Assembly: GCA_963745075.1 (NCBI GenBank)
Contig: CAVUWV010000020.1
Location: forward strand, 172,280 to 236,279
DNA: 64,000 nt
Direction: 5' to 3'
Source of the DNA: Candidatus Hydrogenedentota bacterium
Lineage (GTDB): Bacteria > Hydrogenedentota > Hydrogenedentia > Hydrogenedentales > SLHB01
The translations under genes and the position numbers were made by a program. The notes beneath the pieces are model-generated. The model had not been told where the DNA came from. It saw only the letters and a program-made list of their open reading frames with translations, and did not search any database. The stretch's first letter is position 1. Each line of letters begins with the position of its first letter. Below are positions 30,710 to 40,958 of this stretch, piece by piece.

Positions 30710-31007
30710 ACTTTTCCACTCCTATGTGTGGCAAAAGCACGGTCGCCGGACGCATGGTGCGTCCCATAAACAGTCCCATATGGCCACCCTACAACGCGCG
30801 CTCGTTGGCGCTGATTACCCCCGTCGCAGGGAAGCACCCGGATTGTACCATCTAAGTCGATGACTCGTGCGCGAAAGGCCCACCGAGAAAATACAGAAGC
30901 CCACAATTGTGCGAAATTCAACAGTCGTGTATCGTTGAGAGACAGTAACTTACGAAAAAAGTCTTTTTGTGTCATTTTTCCGTTGTTGCACGGAAGACAC
31001 GGCGAAT

Positions 31008-31311
31008 ATGCCTCGCATTTCCCTTTATTCCACCGGCCTGAATTATCGCAACCCGGTTCCGAATGTCCGGTCATGGCAAGTCCACTTCCCATCCCTCGTT
31101 GAGTTGCCGAATGAGGAGCTGCTCGCGTCCTTCGAGTTGGGAAGCGCAAGGGAAAACCTCGACACAATCGTGCGAATCGCGATCGCAACACGGCGGGCAG
31201 ACGTGGTCGGAACCGATCGAGGTTTATGAACCGAGGGGATTCGACTTTCCCGCGTCCGCGCTGAGACGTCTGAGTAAAATGCGCAACGGGGCGCTGATTG
31301 CGGCGTTCTAG
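31008..31311 (+). pseudogene. Truncated, frameshifted remnant of a BNR/Asp-box (sialidase-like) protein
   Basis: HFPSLVELPNEELLASF in one frame, then RSQHGGQTWSEP (Asp-box-like) in another, ending at TAG 31309-31311. Confidence 0.55.
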
Positions 31312-31511
31312 CGCATCGAAGATCGCGCCGCGCGCATTCGGTGATTTCGCCTGACGCTCGACACAGCGCGAAAGCCGTCGTCAATATCCGCCAAATCTCT
31401 CGCGAGCATGAGTGGACTCGGGGTCACGACGGGCATATACTGCGGCCCGCGTGTAAATGATGGCGCGCGTCGCACTCTGGTCTCCTGCGCGGAAAGGGGA
31501 AACACTCACAC

Positions 31512-32612
31512 GTGGTTCAGGTAAAGGCGGCATTCATACACGAACGCTACGTCTGGTTGGACCAGGCCCGTGGCATCATTGCGTTGCTGTTCATTATCTC
31601 CGCGCTCACGTGGGCCCATCGAGGTGATTTGCTCTTGGGTGTGCCACTACTCGGCCCGACCTACCTCGACCACGGGTACAATTACTACAACGGATCTCCG
31701 CCGATGATTACGCTCATCGATGTGGGACAGTCTATCTTTCTCTTCTTCGTCGGCCTGACCGGGTACATCGCATTCTCCAGCCGCCTCCGAAAACGCGGCG
31801 CAAAGGGCGCTTTGGTATACGGCTTGCAGCGCGTGCTGATGCTTTACGTGCTTAGTGTCATGGGGGAGTTGATTGGTGACGCATCCGGTGAGGCCGGGCT
31901 CAACATCGGATTACTCATGGAGAAATTCGACTGGCAGATGGTCTTTTTGAAAGACATCATGGCCGTCATCGCCGCCGGCGCCGCCGCGACCTATCTGGCG
32001 GTGTATTTTGTGCCCAACGCGGATCGCCGGGCCTGGATCGCCATCGGCATCTTTGCGGTGCACGCGCTTGCCTATGCAGCGTACGTGGTCGATCGGCACT
32101 CCTCTGTCGACGACGTATTGGGCCTCCCTCAGTTACCCATCGGGACCATCGCGCTGGCGGGCCTGTCCATTCTCGGCTCGTGTTTTGGACAATGGCTGCG
32201 ATACGATCCCGAGGATGTTCTCGTCGGCATGCGCAAGCGCATCGTTCCCGTGACAGGGTATTGCCTGCTGGTTTCCTACTGCCTGGAGTGGATCCAGCAC
32301 AGCGATCCGCACGACGACACGGCGGCGCTCATGCTCCTTGCTGCGGGCCTCTCGGGGCTCTTGCTGGTGTTTATGTACGGCCTGAACAGCATCGGAATCG
32401 AACTGCCCATTCTTACACCGTTGGGTAAGAACCTGTTGCTCGTATTCATAATTGGAGCTATCGGGTTCGACTTCTATTTCGAGCTGATTCCCGATTGGTT
32501 GATCTACGGCTATCCCTTCGGAGCGCTGCTCTTCATCGGATTCCTCCCCTTGTATGCCTTGGTGCTGCTGACCCGGTTTCTGGATCGGCACAACATCATC
32601 ATTCGGGTGTAG
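31512..32612 (+). CDS. Polytopic membrane protein, possibly HGSNAT/DUF5009-like acyltransferase
   Basis: R...LDQARG, H...ITLID....FLFFVG and LGKN.L..F patterns; about 10 TM segments. Confidence 0.6.
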   Translation: MVQVKAAFIHERYVWLDQARGIIALLFIISALTWAHRGDLLLGVPLLGPTYLDHGYNYYNGSPPMITLIDVGQSIFLFFVGLTGYIAFSSRLRKRGAKGALVYGLQRVLMLYVLSVMGELIGDASGEAGLNIGLLMEKFDWQMVFLKDIMAVIAAGAAATYLAVYFVPNADRRAWIAIGIFAVHALAYAAYVVDRHSSVDDVLGLPQLPIGTIALAGLSILGSCFGQWLRYDPEDVLVGMRKRIVPVTGYCLLVSYCLEWIQHSDPHDDTAALMLLAAGLSGLLLVFMYGLNSIGIELPILTPLGKNLLLVFIIGAIGFDFYFELIPDWLIYGYPFGALLFIGFLPLYALVLLTRFLDRHNIIIRV

Positions 32613-32685
32613 CCGGGATTTCTCACGACGACGCGATACACCACGAGAACGGCGTCGTTTATCGCGCCGAAGAACAAGGGGTCCT

Positions 32686-34230
32686 TCATCGGGGACGGGC
32701 CCAACGTTCCTGCGGTAAATGGAGCACGTCGATGTCGAGGGTGTCATTCAATTGATCTGGCCCCGGCGTGCTGCGACCGCGAGCGACATAGTCGTTGAGG
32801 AGGTTGAGTAAATCCTGGACCATCTCAGGATGCGTCGCGCTCAGGTCCCGGGTCTCGGCCCAGTCAACATCGACGTTGTATAGTTCGAACGTTGGGTCCT
32901 TGTCTTTCTCCGCATAGATGATGAGTTTCCAGGGTCCCCGCCGGATGCCGAACCGGCCCCAGCGATCGTGATGCACGATAGCCTTACGCACAGGACGCCG
33001 GGTCTTGCCGCGGAAAACGGGCAGCATGTCAAAGCTATCTTCGCCGGCAGTGGCCGGGACATTAGCACCGATGACGTTGGCGCAAGTAGCCATGATGTCG
33101 GTCAGACAGATCAACCGATCGGTCGAAGTCCCGGGTTCGATCTGCCCGGGCCAGCGCACGATGAACGGCACGCGGTGGCCGCCTTCCCAAATTTGGGCCT
33201 TGTGTCCGCGGTACGGCCCGCTGGGCTGGTGACCGGCCGCAATCAATTCCTCCCAACCGGTGTAGTGGGAGTGGCCGTTATCGGCGGTGAAGATCACCAG
33301 CGTGTTATCCGCAACCCCGGCATCGTCGAGGGCCTGGATTACCTGGCCGGCCGACCAGTCTGTTTCCATGACCAAATCGGCAACCGGCGCAATTCCGCTC
33401 TTGCCTTTGAATGGTTCGGACGGCGCGATAGGCTCGTGAGGTGTGGTCATGGAAAAGTACAGGAAGAAGGGAGATTCCTCCTGCGCTTGTTGGTGGACGT
33501 AGTTCACGGCGCGCTCGGTAGTGGTCGGCAGGATCTCGTCGAAGCGCCACCCCGGCGCCATGGGAGCCCCCGGAAATCCGATGTGCATTTCGCGGTCTTC
33601 CACGTTCTTTGCGGTCGGCTGAATCAGGATATGGTCGTTCTCGATAAACGTGAAGGGCGGGAAGTTGGGGACGTGCGTTCCGAAATAGTAATCGAATCCG
33701 CGCGTCGTGGGGCCGGATTCGATGGGCGCGGTGAAATCCGGTTTCTTCGCGCGGCCTTCGCCTTCCCCACTCCAATCCCAGCCCAAGTGCCACTTACCGA
33801 AACACGCCGTGTGATACCCGTGTTGTTGGAGCATTTTCGGGAGCGTCAGTCGATCTTCGGCAATGAGCGGCGGTTCGTAGGCGTCGATGACCCACTCCTG
33901 CAGGCAGGTGCGCCAGGCGTAGCGTCCCGTCAGTAACCCGTAGCGCGTCGGCGTGCACACCGCCGAACCGCTGTGGGCGTCGGTGAAAACCAGCCCTTCC
34001 TCGGCAAACGTATCCAAGAAAGGCGTTGGAATCTTGCCGCGAGGGTATAGCGATTGCACGTCCCCCACGCCCATGTCATCGGCAAGAATCACGACAATAT
34101 TCGGGAAACCCGGCCGGTACGGATCACGGGTCTGACAAGCCGCCACGGAACCCGCCAGTGCAACGGTGGAGGTTCGCAGAAAGGCTCTGCGGCTCACGTT
34201 GCGCGTCTTGTTCGTGTCGGATCGCTCCAT
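32686..34230 (-). CDS. Arylsulfatase (formylglycine-dependent), Tat-exported
   Basis: PNIVVILADDMG, CTPTRYGLLTGR (CxPxR), GKWHLG, WEGGHRVPFIVRWPG; SRRAFL twin-arginine leader. Confidence 0.95.
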   Translation of the reverse strand: MERSDTNKTRNVSRRAFLRTSTVALAGSVAACQTRDPYRPGFPNIVVILADDMGVGDVQSLYPRGKIPTPFLDTFAEEGLVFTDAHSGSAVCTPTRYGLLTGRYAWRTCLQEWVIDAYEPPLIAEDRLTLPKMLQQHGYHTACFGKWHLGWDWSGEGEGRAKKPDFTAPIESGPTTRGFDYYFGTHVPNFPPFTFIENDHILIQPTAKNVEDREMHIGFPGAPMAPGWRFDEILPTTTERAVNYVHQQAQEESPFFLYFSMTTPHEPIAPSEPFKGKSGIAPVADLVMETDWSAGQVIQALDDAGVADNTLVIFTADNGHSHYTGWEELIAAGHQPSGPYRGHKAQIWEGGHRVPFIVRWPGQIEPGTSTDRLICLTDIMATCANVIGANVPATAGEDSFDMLPVFRGKTRRPVRKAIVHHDRWGRFGIRRGPWKLIIYAEKDKDPTFELYNVDVDWAETRDLSATHPEMVQDLLNLLNDYVARGRSTPGPDQLNDTLDIDVLHLPQERWARPR

Positions 34231-34594
34231 ACCAGGTGCTCTCCTCTCGTCATCGACGGATTGTATGGTGTTCCGTAACTTCATGGCGACATGTGATGAG
34301 CCAGCATAGCAGATCCGGCTCCGGCGCGGCGGTCGGACGGTGCGGTCCGGTACGCTGATTTGGTGAGGCAACGAACGGTTGTTAGTGGGAGAACGAACTG
34401 ACGTGGAAACGAAACGACCGGCCGACGCGAGGTGGCAAGTCCCTCCCATGGTTTCCTGCCGCCATAACCGCACGGTTCGTCGCCAACCATTGTGTCGCCG
34501 ATCAATGCCACGACGACTCCCACAAGCCATTGAAGCGCTTTGCGTTGCACCCAGCCACCCATACCCGTCGCACCGTGGGCGACGGCAGTCAGGA

Positions 34595-34623
34595 TTGAAA
34601 CGTTACCGAACTCGGTCTATCAT
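34595..34623 (+). promoter_or_regulatory. Sigma70-type promoter for the aminotransferase gene
   Basis: TTGAAA (34595-34600), 17 bp, TATCAT (34618-34623); about 57 bp before ATG 34681. Confidence 0.55.
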
Positions 34624-34680
34624 GCACTCGTTCGCGCGGCCTGCGGGGAAATGGCGCCGCGCACTGAAAGGGGGCATTAG

Positions 34681-36006
34681 ATGTCTACGCAAGGTGTATC
34701 GATTTCCAACCGACCTTCCCGCCGTGACTTCCTGATTGCTTCGGGCGCCGCGACCGCGAGCGTGTCGCTGGGGCTGGGCAGCCGCGCATACGGCGCGTCG
34801 GTCGAGAAACTTGCCGTCGCGGGTGGACCCAAAGCGGTTACCGTCGATACGAGCGACGCCACGAAATGGCCGCAATACGGCGAAACCGAGGAGCAGGCCG
34901 TCCTCAAGCTGCTGCGTGCGCCGAACTACGATCCCAATGGGGAACTGGAAAAGGAATGGGCGGAGTTTCTGGATGTGCCGTACTGCTCGTCGCACTGCAA
35001 CGGCACGAGCGCCTTGTGTTCTATGTTCTTCGCGTTGAACCTGCCGCCGGGCAGCGAAATCATGGTGCCGAGTTATACGTTCTTCGCCACGATCGTGCCC
35101 ATGCGTCTGTTCGGTTTCGTTCCCAATTTTGTCGACATCAATCCGCGCACGCTGAACTTCGACCTCGAAGACGCCAAGAAGCGGCTCACACCGAACACCA
35201 AGGCCGTCTTGCCGGTGCACTGGATTGGCTTGCCGGCCGACATGGACCATATCAGCGATTGGGCCAACGAGAAAGGTCTGATCGTTCTCGAAGATTCGGC
35301 GCATGCGCACGGCGCCAGCCTTAAAGGCAAGAGAATGGGGTCCTGGGGCCGGATGAGCATTTTCAGCTATCAGGCGTCCAAACCGCTCCCGGCGATCGAG
35401 GGCGGCATGGGCGTGTACCAGAATGAGGAAGACTTCGGCCGCGCGACGGCCTTCGGCAATTACGATATGCGCGGCATGACCGAAAACATGCCGTACTACA
35501 AGTACAAGGGTTCGGGGCTGGGCCTGAAATTCCGGATGCACCCCATCGCGGCGGAACTCGCGCGGTGCCAGTTGCACGGCTTGGTCGAGCGCAACGACGC
35601 CGGCGCGGCGCAGGTACGGAGCCTTAACGACCGCATCCTCGAACTTCCAGGGCTCTACGAACAGTCCAGTCACCGGGACGACGTGCATCGCCTGTATTAC
35701 GCGTGGAACATGCTCTTCATCGACGAGGCGGAAGTCGGCGTATCGCGGGATAAGCTGATCGAGGCCCTGACCGCGGAGGGCGTCAACGTCACCGGACGTC
35801 ACTACACGCTGCAACATGAACTGCCGCTCTATGCGGAAGAACAGTGGTGGCACCACAAGCCCGTGATCCCTGAACTGCCGGGGTCCACGCAAGCCAACGA
35901 CACGTGTCTCGGGCTGCCATTTTTCACGAAGCAGGTACCGGAACTTTGCGACCAGTACGCGAATGCCTTCGAGAAGGTCTGGGCGCACCGCAAGGAACTT
36001 GCGTGA
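34681..36006 (+). CDS. DegT/DnrJ/EryC1/StrS PLP-dependent aminotransferase with Tat signal
   Basis: NGTSAL, PSYTFFAT, PVHWIG, EDSAHAHGA, SYQASK (catalytic Lys), EGG; N-terminal SRRDFL plus hydrophobic stretch and AYG. Confidence 0.93.
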   Translation: MSTQGVSISNRPSRRDFLIASGAATASVSLGLGSRAYGASVEKLAVAGGPKAVTVDTSDATKWPQYGETEEQAVLKLLRAPNYDPNGELEKEWAEFLDVPYCSSHCNGTSALCSMFFALNLPPGSEIMVPSYTFFATIVPMRLFGFVPNFVDINPRTLNFDLEDAKKRLTPNTKAVLPVHWIGLPADMDHISDWANEKGLIVLEDSAHAHGASLKGKRMGSWGRMSIFSYQASKPLPAIEGGMGVYQNEEDFGRATAFGNYDMRGMTENMPYYKYKGSGLGLKFRMHPIAAELARCQLHGLVERNDAGAAQVRSLNDRILELPGLYEQSSHRDDVHRLYYAWNMLFIDEAEVGVSRDKLIEALTAEGVNVTGRHYTLQHELPLYAEEQWWHHKPVIPELPGSTQANDTCLGLPFFTKQVPELCDQYANAFEKVWAHRKELA

Positions 36007-36058
36007 GCGTGTCCGTGCCACGGGAGCGACTACTGCTTCGTACATACCTTTGAGACAA

Positions 36059-36190
36059 CCTCGTAATCGTAATCGAGGCTTTGGTCTCAAATAGAACGGG
36101 AAAGACGATTTCGGTCGAATCCTGCACTTTGACCTGAATTTGATGGTGTTTTGTCGATTACGACAACGATTACGAGCGCGATTACGATCG
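36059..36190. repeat. Inverted hexamer repeat cluster (CGTAAT)n ... (CGATTA)n
   Basis: CTCGTAATCGTAATCGA near 36060-36076 and TCGATTACGACAACGATTACGAGCGCGATTACGAT near 36154-36188. Confidence 0.7.
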
Positions 36191-36245
36191 GGGAAGTCGT
36201 CGTGGGTTAACCTGCGTTTCATGGTGTCAATAGAGGGGGTTCTGT

Positions 36246-37103
36246 ATGAACAGGGGAATCATCGGGATTCTTTGTGTCTGTTGCGGGCTTTCGATGACCG
36301 CGGGATGCGCGTCCACCGCGGGTGGAATGCAAGACAACGCGCCGTGGCCGTTGGCGGTGCGCATCATGAGCTACGGCGACTATCAGGAGGCCGGGTGGGC
36401 GCAGCTTCAGCAGATCGGCGTCAAGTACATCTTTATGTCGGTGCCCGCGCCCGGTGAGGTGGACGCTGCCAAACAGAAGCTGGCGCGGTATGAGCTGACG
36501 CCGCTCGTGTTTCGTGGCAGCGCGGACCTGAGCAAGGAAACCTTTGCCCAGGACCTCGAGCCGCAGCTTGCGGTCTGCGAAGCGATGGGTGTGAAGTACC
36601 TGTTCCTTTCGGCCAAGCGGGGAGATGCGCCCAAGGAAGCCGCATATCAACGGCTGCGCGCCGCAGGTGACAAAGCAAAGAAACACCGCGTCACCATTGC
36701 GCTGGAAACCCACCCGGATCTCGGCACGAACGGCGCGGTTCAGGTCGAAACGATGAAGTCGGTCAACCATCCCAATATCCGCGTCAATTTCGACACCGCG
36801 AACATCACGTACTACAATCACGACACGAGCGCCGTGGATGAACTCAAGAAGAGCATCGATTACGTGGCCACGGTCGAGTTCAAGGACCACAACGGCGGAT
36901 TCGAGACATGGGACTTCCCCGTTCTGGGTCAGGGCAACGTGGACATCCCATCCATCATTTCCATGCTGCGCGCGAAAGGGTACGCCGGGCCGGTGACACT
37001 CGAATTCGAAGGGACGGAAGGCGTCAAACTCGATCAGGAACAGACCCTGCAGGCCATCGCCGATTGTGTCGCATACGCGCGATCCGTGGGTAACTTCAAC
37101 TAG
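36246..37103 (+). CDS. Sugar phosphate isomerase/epimerase (xylose-isomerase-like TIM barrel), probable lipoprotein
   Basis: IALETHP, NFDTAN, EFKD, LGQGNVD, GY.GPVTLEFEG; MTAGC lipobox-like leader. Confidence 0.88.
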   Translation: MNRGIIGILCVCCGLSMTAGCASTAGGMQDNAPWPLAVRIMSYGDYQEAGWAQLQQIGVKYIFMSVPAPGEVDAAKQKLARYELTPLVFRGSADLSKETFAQDLEPQLAVCEAMGVKYLFLSAKRGDAPKEAAYQRLRAAGDKAKKHRVTIALETHPDLGTNGAVQVETMKSVNHPNIRVNFDTANITYYNHDTSAVDELKKSIDYVATVEFKDHNGGFETWDFPVLGQGNVDIPSIISMLRAKGYAGPVTLEFEGTEGVKLDQEQTLQAIADCVAYARSVGNFN

Positions 37104-37119
37104 CGGGAGACGTGGAATC

Positions 37120-38841
37120 ATGCCGGTGACGCAGGGGCACTTCGAGTTTCCCGACATTTTGATGATTGTGGGGTATTTCGTACTGATGCTCGGGATCGGC
37201 GCGTACTTCTACAATCGCATGCGCCGCATGAAGGATTTCTTCAGCGGCGGTAACCGTATCCCGTGGTGGCTGAGCGGCGTCTCGTTTTACATGAGCAGTT
37301 TCAGCGTCGCGGCCTTCGTCTTTTATCCCGGCCTGTGTTATCGCTACGGCTGGGTGGGTATTACCCTGTTGTGGGTGGCGATCCCGGCAACGATCTTCAG
37401 CGTGATGCTTTTCGCCGTCCGCTGGCGAAGGGCGCGGATCGATAGTCCGGTCGAGTACCTTGAAACGCGGTACAGCTCGTTCCTCCGGCAACTCTTCGCG
37501 TGGCACGGCATTCCGGTTAGAATGGTGGACGACGGGATTAAACTCACCGCAACGGCGACGTTTATCTCAGTTTGCGCCAACGTCAGTCTCACGAATAGCA
37601 TTCTCGCAGCGGGCATCATTATTCTCATCTACACGTTTATGGGTGGTCTCTGGGCGGTGACCGTAACGGACTTCATTCAGTTTGTGGTCCTCGCGGTGGG
37701 TGTCATCATCATCCTCCCCCTTTCGATAGCAAAGGCAGGGGGTATCAACACCGTCCTTACCCAGGTTCCCGAAGGGTTCTTTCGTTTGACGTCGGACGAA
37801 TACGGCTGGAGCTACATCATACCGCTCGTACTCATGTATGCCCTGGCCTGGAGCAGTATCAATTGGTCGCTTATCCAGCGGTATTACTGCGTGCCGAGAG
37901 AGCGCGACGCGCTCAAAGTGGGCTGGCTCGTGGTGGCGCTCTACGTGATAGGTCCGCCTCTCATGTTTTTTCCAGCCATTGCGGCGCGGCAATTCATTCC
38001 CGAGTTGGAGGATGCGGGGCAGATTTATCCCCTACTTTGCACACAGCTCCTGCCCGCCGGCATGCTCGGTCTCGCCGTGGCCGCCATGTTCGCAGCGACC
38101 ATGTCGACGTTGAGTTCCGACTACAACGTGTGCGCGGGGGTATTGACGAACGACGTATACCGCCGCCTGGTTCGGCCCGACGCGTCGCAGAAAGAGCTTG
38201 TGCTCGTAGGACGGTTCATGACTTTACTCGTCGGAATCGTGGCACTCCTCACCGCGATCCTCATGTCTCACGGCGCTGCCGAAGGACTATTCCCGAAGAT
38301 GGTCACGCTGTTTGGTCTGGCCACCGCGCCGGTAGCGGTGCCCATGTTGCTGGGTCTCGTGTCGCGGCGGTTCACGAATCTCAGCGCAGTGCTCGGGTGC
38401 GTGTTCGGACTCGCCGTGGGACTAGCGCTATTCCTATTCGGCCCAAAAGACGAACTGACGATCGCCGGTCTGACGATGAAAATGGAAATCGTTCTCATTT
38501 TGAGTACCGCTACAGTAACGTTAGCCGTCATGATCGTCGTGAGCGCGATCGCGCCGGCGGGTCCCTCGGCACAGGCCCGTACCGACGAGTTCTTGCGCCG
38601 CATTGAAATTCCAATTGGCGACCTTCCCGAAGACGAGGATTCGGCCTCTACTGAAGGCGCCTTTTCGCCCTTCCGGGTCGTGGGGATCTCGGTTGGTTTG
38701 ATTGGGCTGCTGTTGCTGGGCGTCCTTCCCTGGGTCAGTGGCCGGACGGAAGTCTTGCTCGCAGGAGCAATCGGTGCGATCCTCGCGGTGGTGGGAGGTC
38801 TTGTGACGTGGGCCAGTAAAAGGCCGGTCCAGGCGTCGTAA
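37120..38841 (+). CDS. Sodium:solute symporter (SSS) family
   Basis: DFFSGG.RIPWW, YTFMGGLWAVTVTDFIQF, IQRYY, FAATMSTLSSD. Confidence 0.93.
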   Translation: MPVTQGHFEFPDILMIVGYFVLMLGIGAYFYNRMRRMKDFFSGGNRIPWWLSGVSFYMSSFSVAAFVFYPGLCYRYGWVGITLLWVAIPATIFSVMLFAVRWRRARIDSPVEYLETRYSSFLRQLFAWHGIPVRMVDDGIKLTATATFISVCANVSLTNSILAAGIIILIYTFMGGLWAVTVTDFIQFVVLAVGVIIILPLSIAKAGGINTVLTQVPEGFFRLTSDEYGWSYIIPLVLMYALAWSSINWSLIQRYYCVPRERDALKVGWLVVALYVIGPPLMFFPAIAARQFIPELEDAGQIYPLLCTQLLPAGMLGLAVAAMFAATMSTLSSDYNVCAGVLTNDVYRRLVRPDASQKELVLVGRFMTLLVGIVALLTAILMSHGAAEGLFPKMVTLFGLATAPVAVPMLLGLVSRRFTNLSAVLGCVFGLAVGLALFLFGPKDELTIAGLTMKMEIVLILSTATVTLAVMIVVSAIAPAGPSAQARTDEFLRRIEIPIGDLPEDEDSASTEGAFSPFRVVGISVGLIGLLLLGVLPWVSGRTEVLLAGAIGAILAVVGGLVTWASKRPVQAS

Positions 38842-38966
38842 TACGACACGGGATATCGGAGCTGAATCACCTCGCACTGTACCCGGGAAATCACGTGCCA
38901 AGCCTTTGTTTGACGGCTCAGTCACAAGATGGAATCCCGCTCGAGTCCCATTCCGAGTCCTAACAA

Positions 38967-38998
38967 CGAGAGGCGGCCGGTAGTCCGGCCGCCTCTCG
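38967..38998. terminator. Perfect 14 bp hairpin between convergent genes (probable terminator)
   Basis: CGAGAGGCGGCCGG-TAGT-CCGGCCGCCTCTCG; only weak U-tract. Confidence 0.65.
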
Positions 38999-39039
38999 CG
39001 TGCAATCTGTCCAACGTCGCGTTCGGACGTATATAGAAA

Positions 39040-40365
39040 TTACGTAATCTCGGGCACCACGAACGGATCGCGGTAGTAGTCCTTCAGCATCGCGTTCGCT
39101 TCATCGTCGTTCTTGAACATCCCCGCGTCGGGATCGAATTCAAGCGACCGTTGCAGACGGTAGGCGATGTTGCCGAGATGAATGTGCGCGCAGGAAACAA
39201 ACGCGTCGTCAGGGTTCCCGTGGATCTTATCCCAGTCGCGGTTCTTGACCGATTCCAGGAAGTTCCCGAAACATCCCTTGGACGGCGGTTTCTCGGCGTT
39301 ATCCGGAATCGCAATGGGTTTGTTTTGATAATCGAAGAAACCGCGCTCCTTCACCCAGTACCCGTCGGTGCCGAAGGCGCTGTTCGCGCAGGCGTCATCG
39401 CAGTCCTCGGGGAACGAACCCAGGTTCCGCACTTCAAACGTCAGCATGGTGCCGTCAGCGTAAGTGAAATCGATTTGCTGCGTGTTCGGGGTCTGGCCGT
39501 CGTCGTCCCACTTGTAGCGGTTACCCGTGCTGTAGACGCGTACGGGCAGTCCTTTGTGCGCGGCCCAGGCCGCAACGTCCATTTCGTGGACGCCCTGATT
39601 CCCGCTTTCGCCGTTGCCGAAATCCCAGAACCAATGCCAATTATAGTGCACGAAGAGGCCGCCCGGATCGTTACGCACATCGCCGCCCTCGCGCCACATC
39701 CACTGGCGTTCGGCCGCCGGTCCCAGCCAGAGGTTGTAATCCAGGAACTCCGGCGGATCCCCGGGTTTGCCTTTGCCGATGCTTGCGCGGTTGCCGTTCT
39801 TGTACACGTAGCCGCGGGCGTGAACCACCGGCCCGATGATTTCGCCCTTGTGGAGCAGATTCATGTCGCGGATCCGTTCGGGATCGGAGCGCTGCTGCGT
39901 ACCGTGTTGCACGACGCGGTTGTACTTTCGCGCCGCTTTCACGAGTTGCTGGCCTTCCCAGAAGCTGTGGGCCATGGGCTTCTCGACGTACACGTCTTTG
40001 TTCGCCTGGCAACCCCAGGTCGCGGCGAGGGCGTGCCAGTGGTTGGGCGTGGCAATGCTGATGGCGTCGATGGAATCATCGGCGAGCGCGTCACGCAAGT
40101 CGCGATAGGCCTTGGGTTTCTTCCCGGTCTTCTGTTCGATTTGTTTGACGCGCGCGTCGAGGACACGCTGGTCAACGTCGCACACAGCGACAACGTCCGA
40201 TCCGTCCTCTTCGACGAAGGCTTCGATGTGGGAGCCCCCTCGCCCGTGCAGACCGATGCAACACATGTTGATCCGATCATTTGCTCCGAAGGCGGTGCGT
40301 GGGAGCACCGTCGCGGCCGCAACTGCCGCCGACGTGCCCAGGAATGTTCTACGCGATATGCTCAT
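39040..40365 (-). CDS. Gfo/Idh/MocA oxidoreductase, Tat-exported
   Basis: SRRTFL leader; IGLHGRG, VCDVD, IATPNHWH, DVYVEKP, GTQQRS, NQGVHEMD. Confidence 0.95.
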   Translation of the reverse strand: MSISRRTFLGTSAAVAAATVLPRTAFGANDRINMCCIGLHGRGGSHIEAFVEEDGSDVVAVCDVDQRVLDARVKQIEQKTGKKPKAYRDLRDALADDSIDAISIATPNHWHALAATWGCQANKDVYVEKPMAHSFWEGQQLVKAARKYNRVVQHGTQQRSDPERIRDMNLLHKGEIIGPVVHARGYVYKNGNRASIGKGKPGDPPEFLDYNLWLGPAAERQWMWREGGDVRNDPGGLFVHYNWHWFWDFGNGESGNQGVHEMDVAAWAAHKGLPVRVYSTGNRYKWDDDGQTPNTQQIDFTYADGTMLTFEVRNLGSFPEDCDDACANSAFGTDGYWVKERGFFDYQNKPIAIPDNAEKPPSKGCFGNFLESVKNRDWDKIHGNPDDAFVSCAHIHLGNIAYRLQRSLEFDPDAGMFKNDDEANAMLKDYYRDPFVVPEIT

Positions 40366-40958
40366 GTTTCCGTGCCTCCTTCATTGGCTGGAGATAGTGA
40401 ATTATCGCCCGCTTGTTAGAAAGTCCTATTCTGGACCTCTACGAAGGGGAGCGTCAAGTGCGGCAGAACATGAGGGCCCCGAAACATGGGCGAAAGCGTG
40501 TCTAGATCATGCCTTATCAGGCGGTTGGCGCGTTGAATAGGCGCCGTAATTTCACCGTGTGCGTATACGGTTCACACCATCCGGCCGGATGATTCTTGCA
40601 CGTCGGCTCGTGGAGATACGGTTTGATCTCGGCGTCATCGCTGCCCGGTGTGAAGGTGAATACGCGGCTCATGGGCAGGAACCGGCGTGGGATTGCGTGC
40701 CGTCCACCACGTTGAGAAACGTGACGCCCCATTTCTGGTCCTCGATGCGTATTCCGCCGGTCGCGATTGAAACGCAACCACCACGCAGCTCATTCGCCCA
40801 AGCCGCGCTCAGCCTCCCCATGGACAAGGCAGTCTTGCCCGCCCGTTGTTTCGGGTGATAGGCTGCTGAAAGGGCCGGGCTTCCACGCGGGCGCGGGGAA
40901 TCGGTTTGGCACGAGGGGGGGGCAATTGCATCGCCCAAGGATTGGAAGGGAGTCAAAG

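Noticed and set aside
30710..31000. Possible riboswitch upstream of the FG-GAP gene
   Set aside because: No match by eye to c-di-GMP, cobalamin, TPP or SAM consensus elements; an Rfam scan would be needed.
34603..36222. 539 aa antisense ORF over the aminotransferase (similarly 24103-25758, 12162-13415, 39151-40419, 47347-48390)
   Set aside because: These are shadow frames of GC-rich genes with no recognisable motifs; the opposite strand has clear family signatures.
40517..40956. Short overlapping minus-strand ORFs between divergent genes
   Set aside because: No recognisable family, RBS or consistent frame. It could be a remnant, but I cannot support that.
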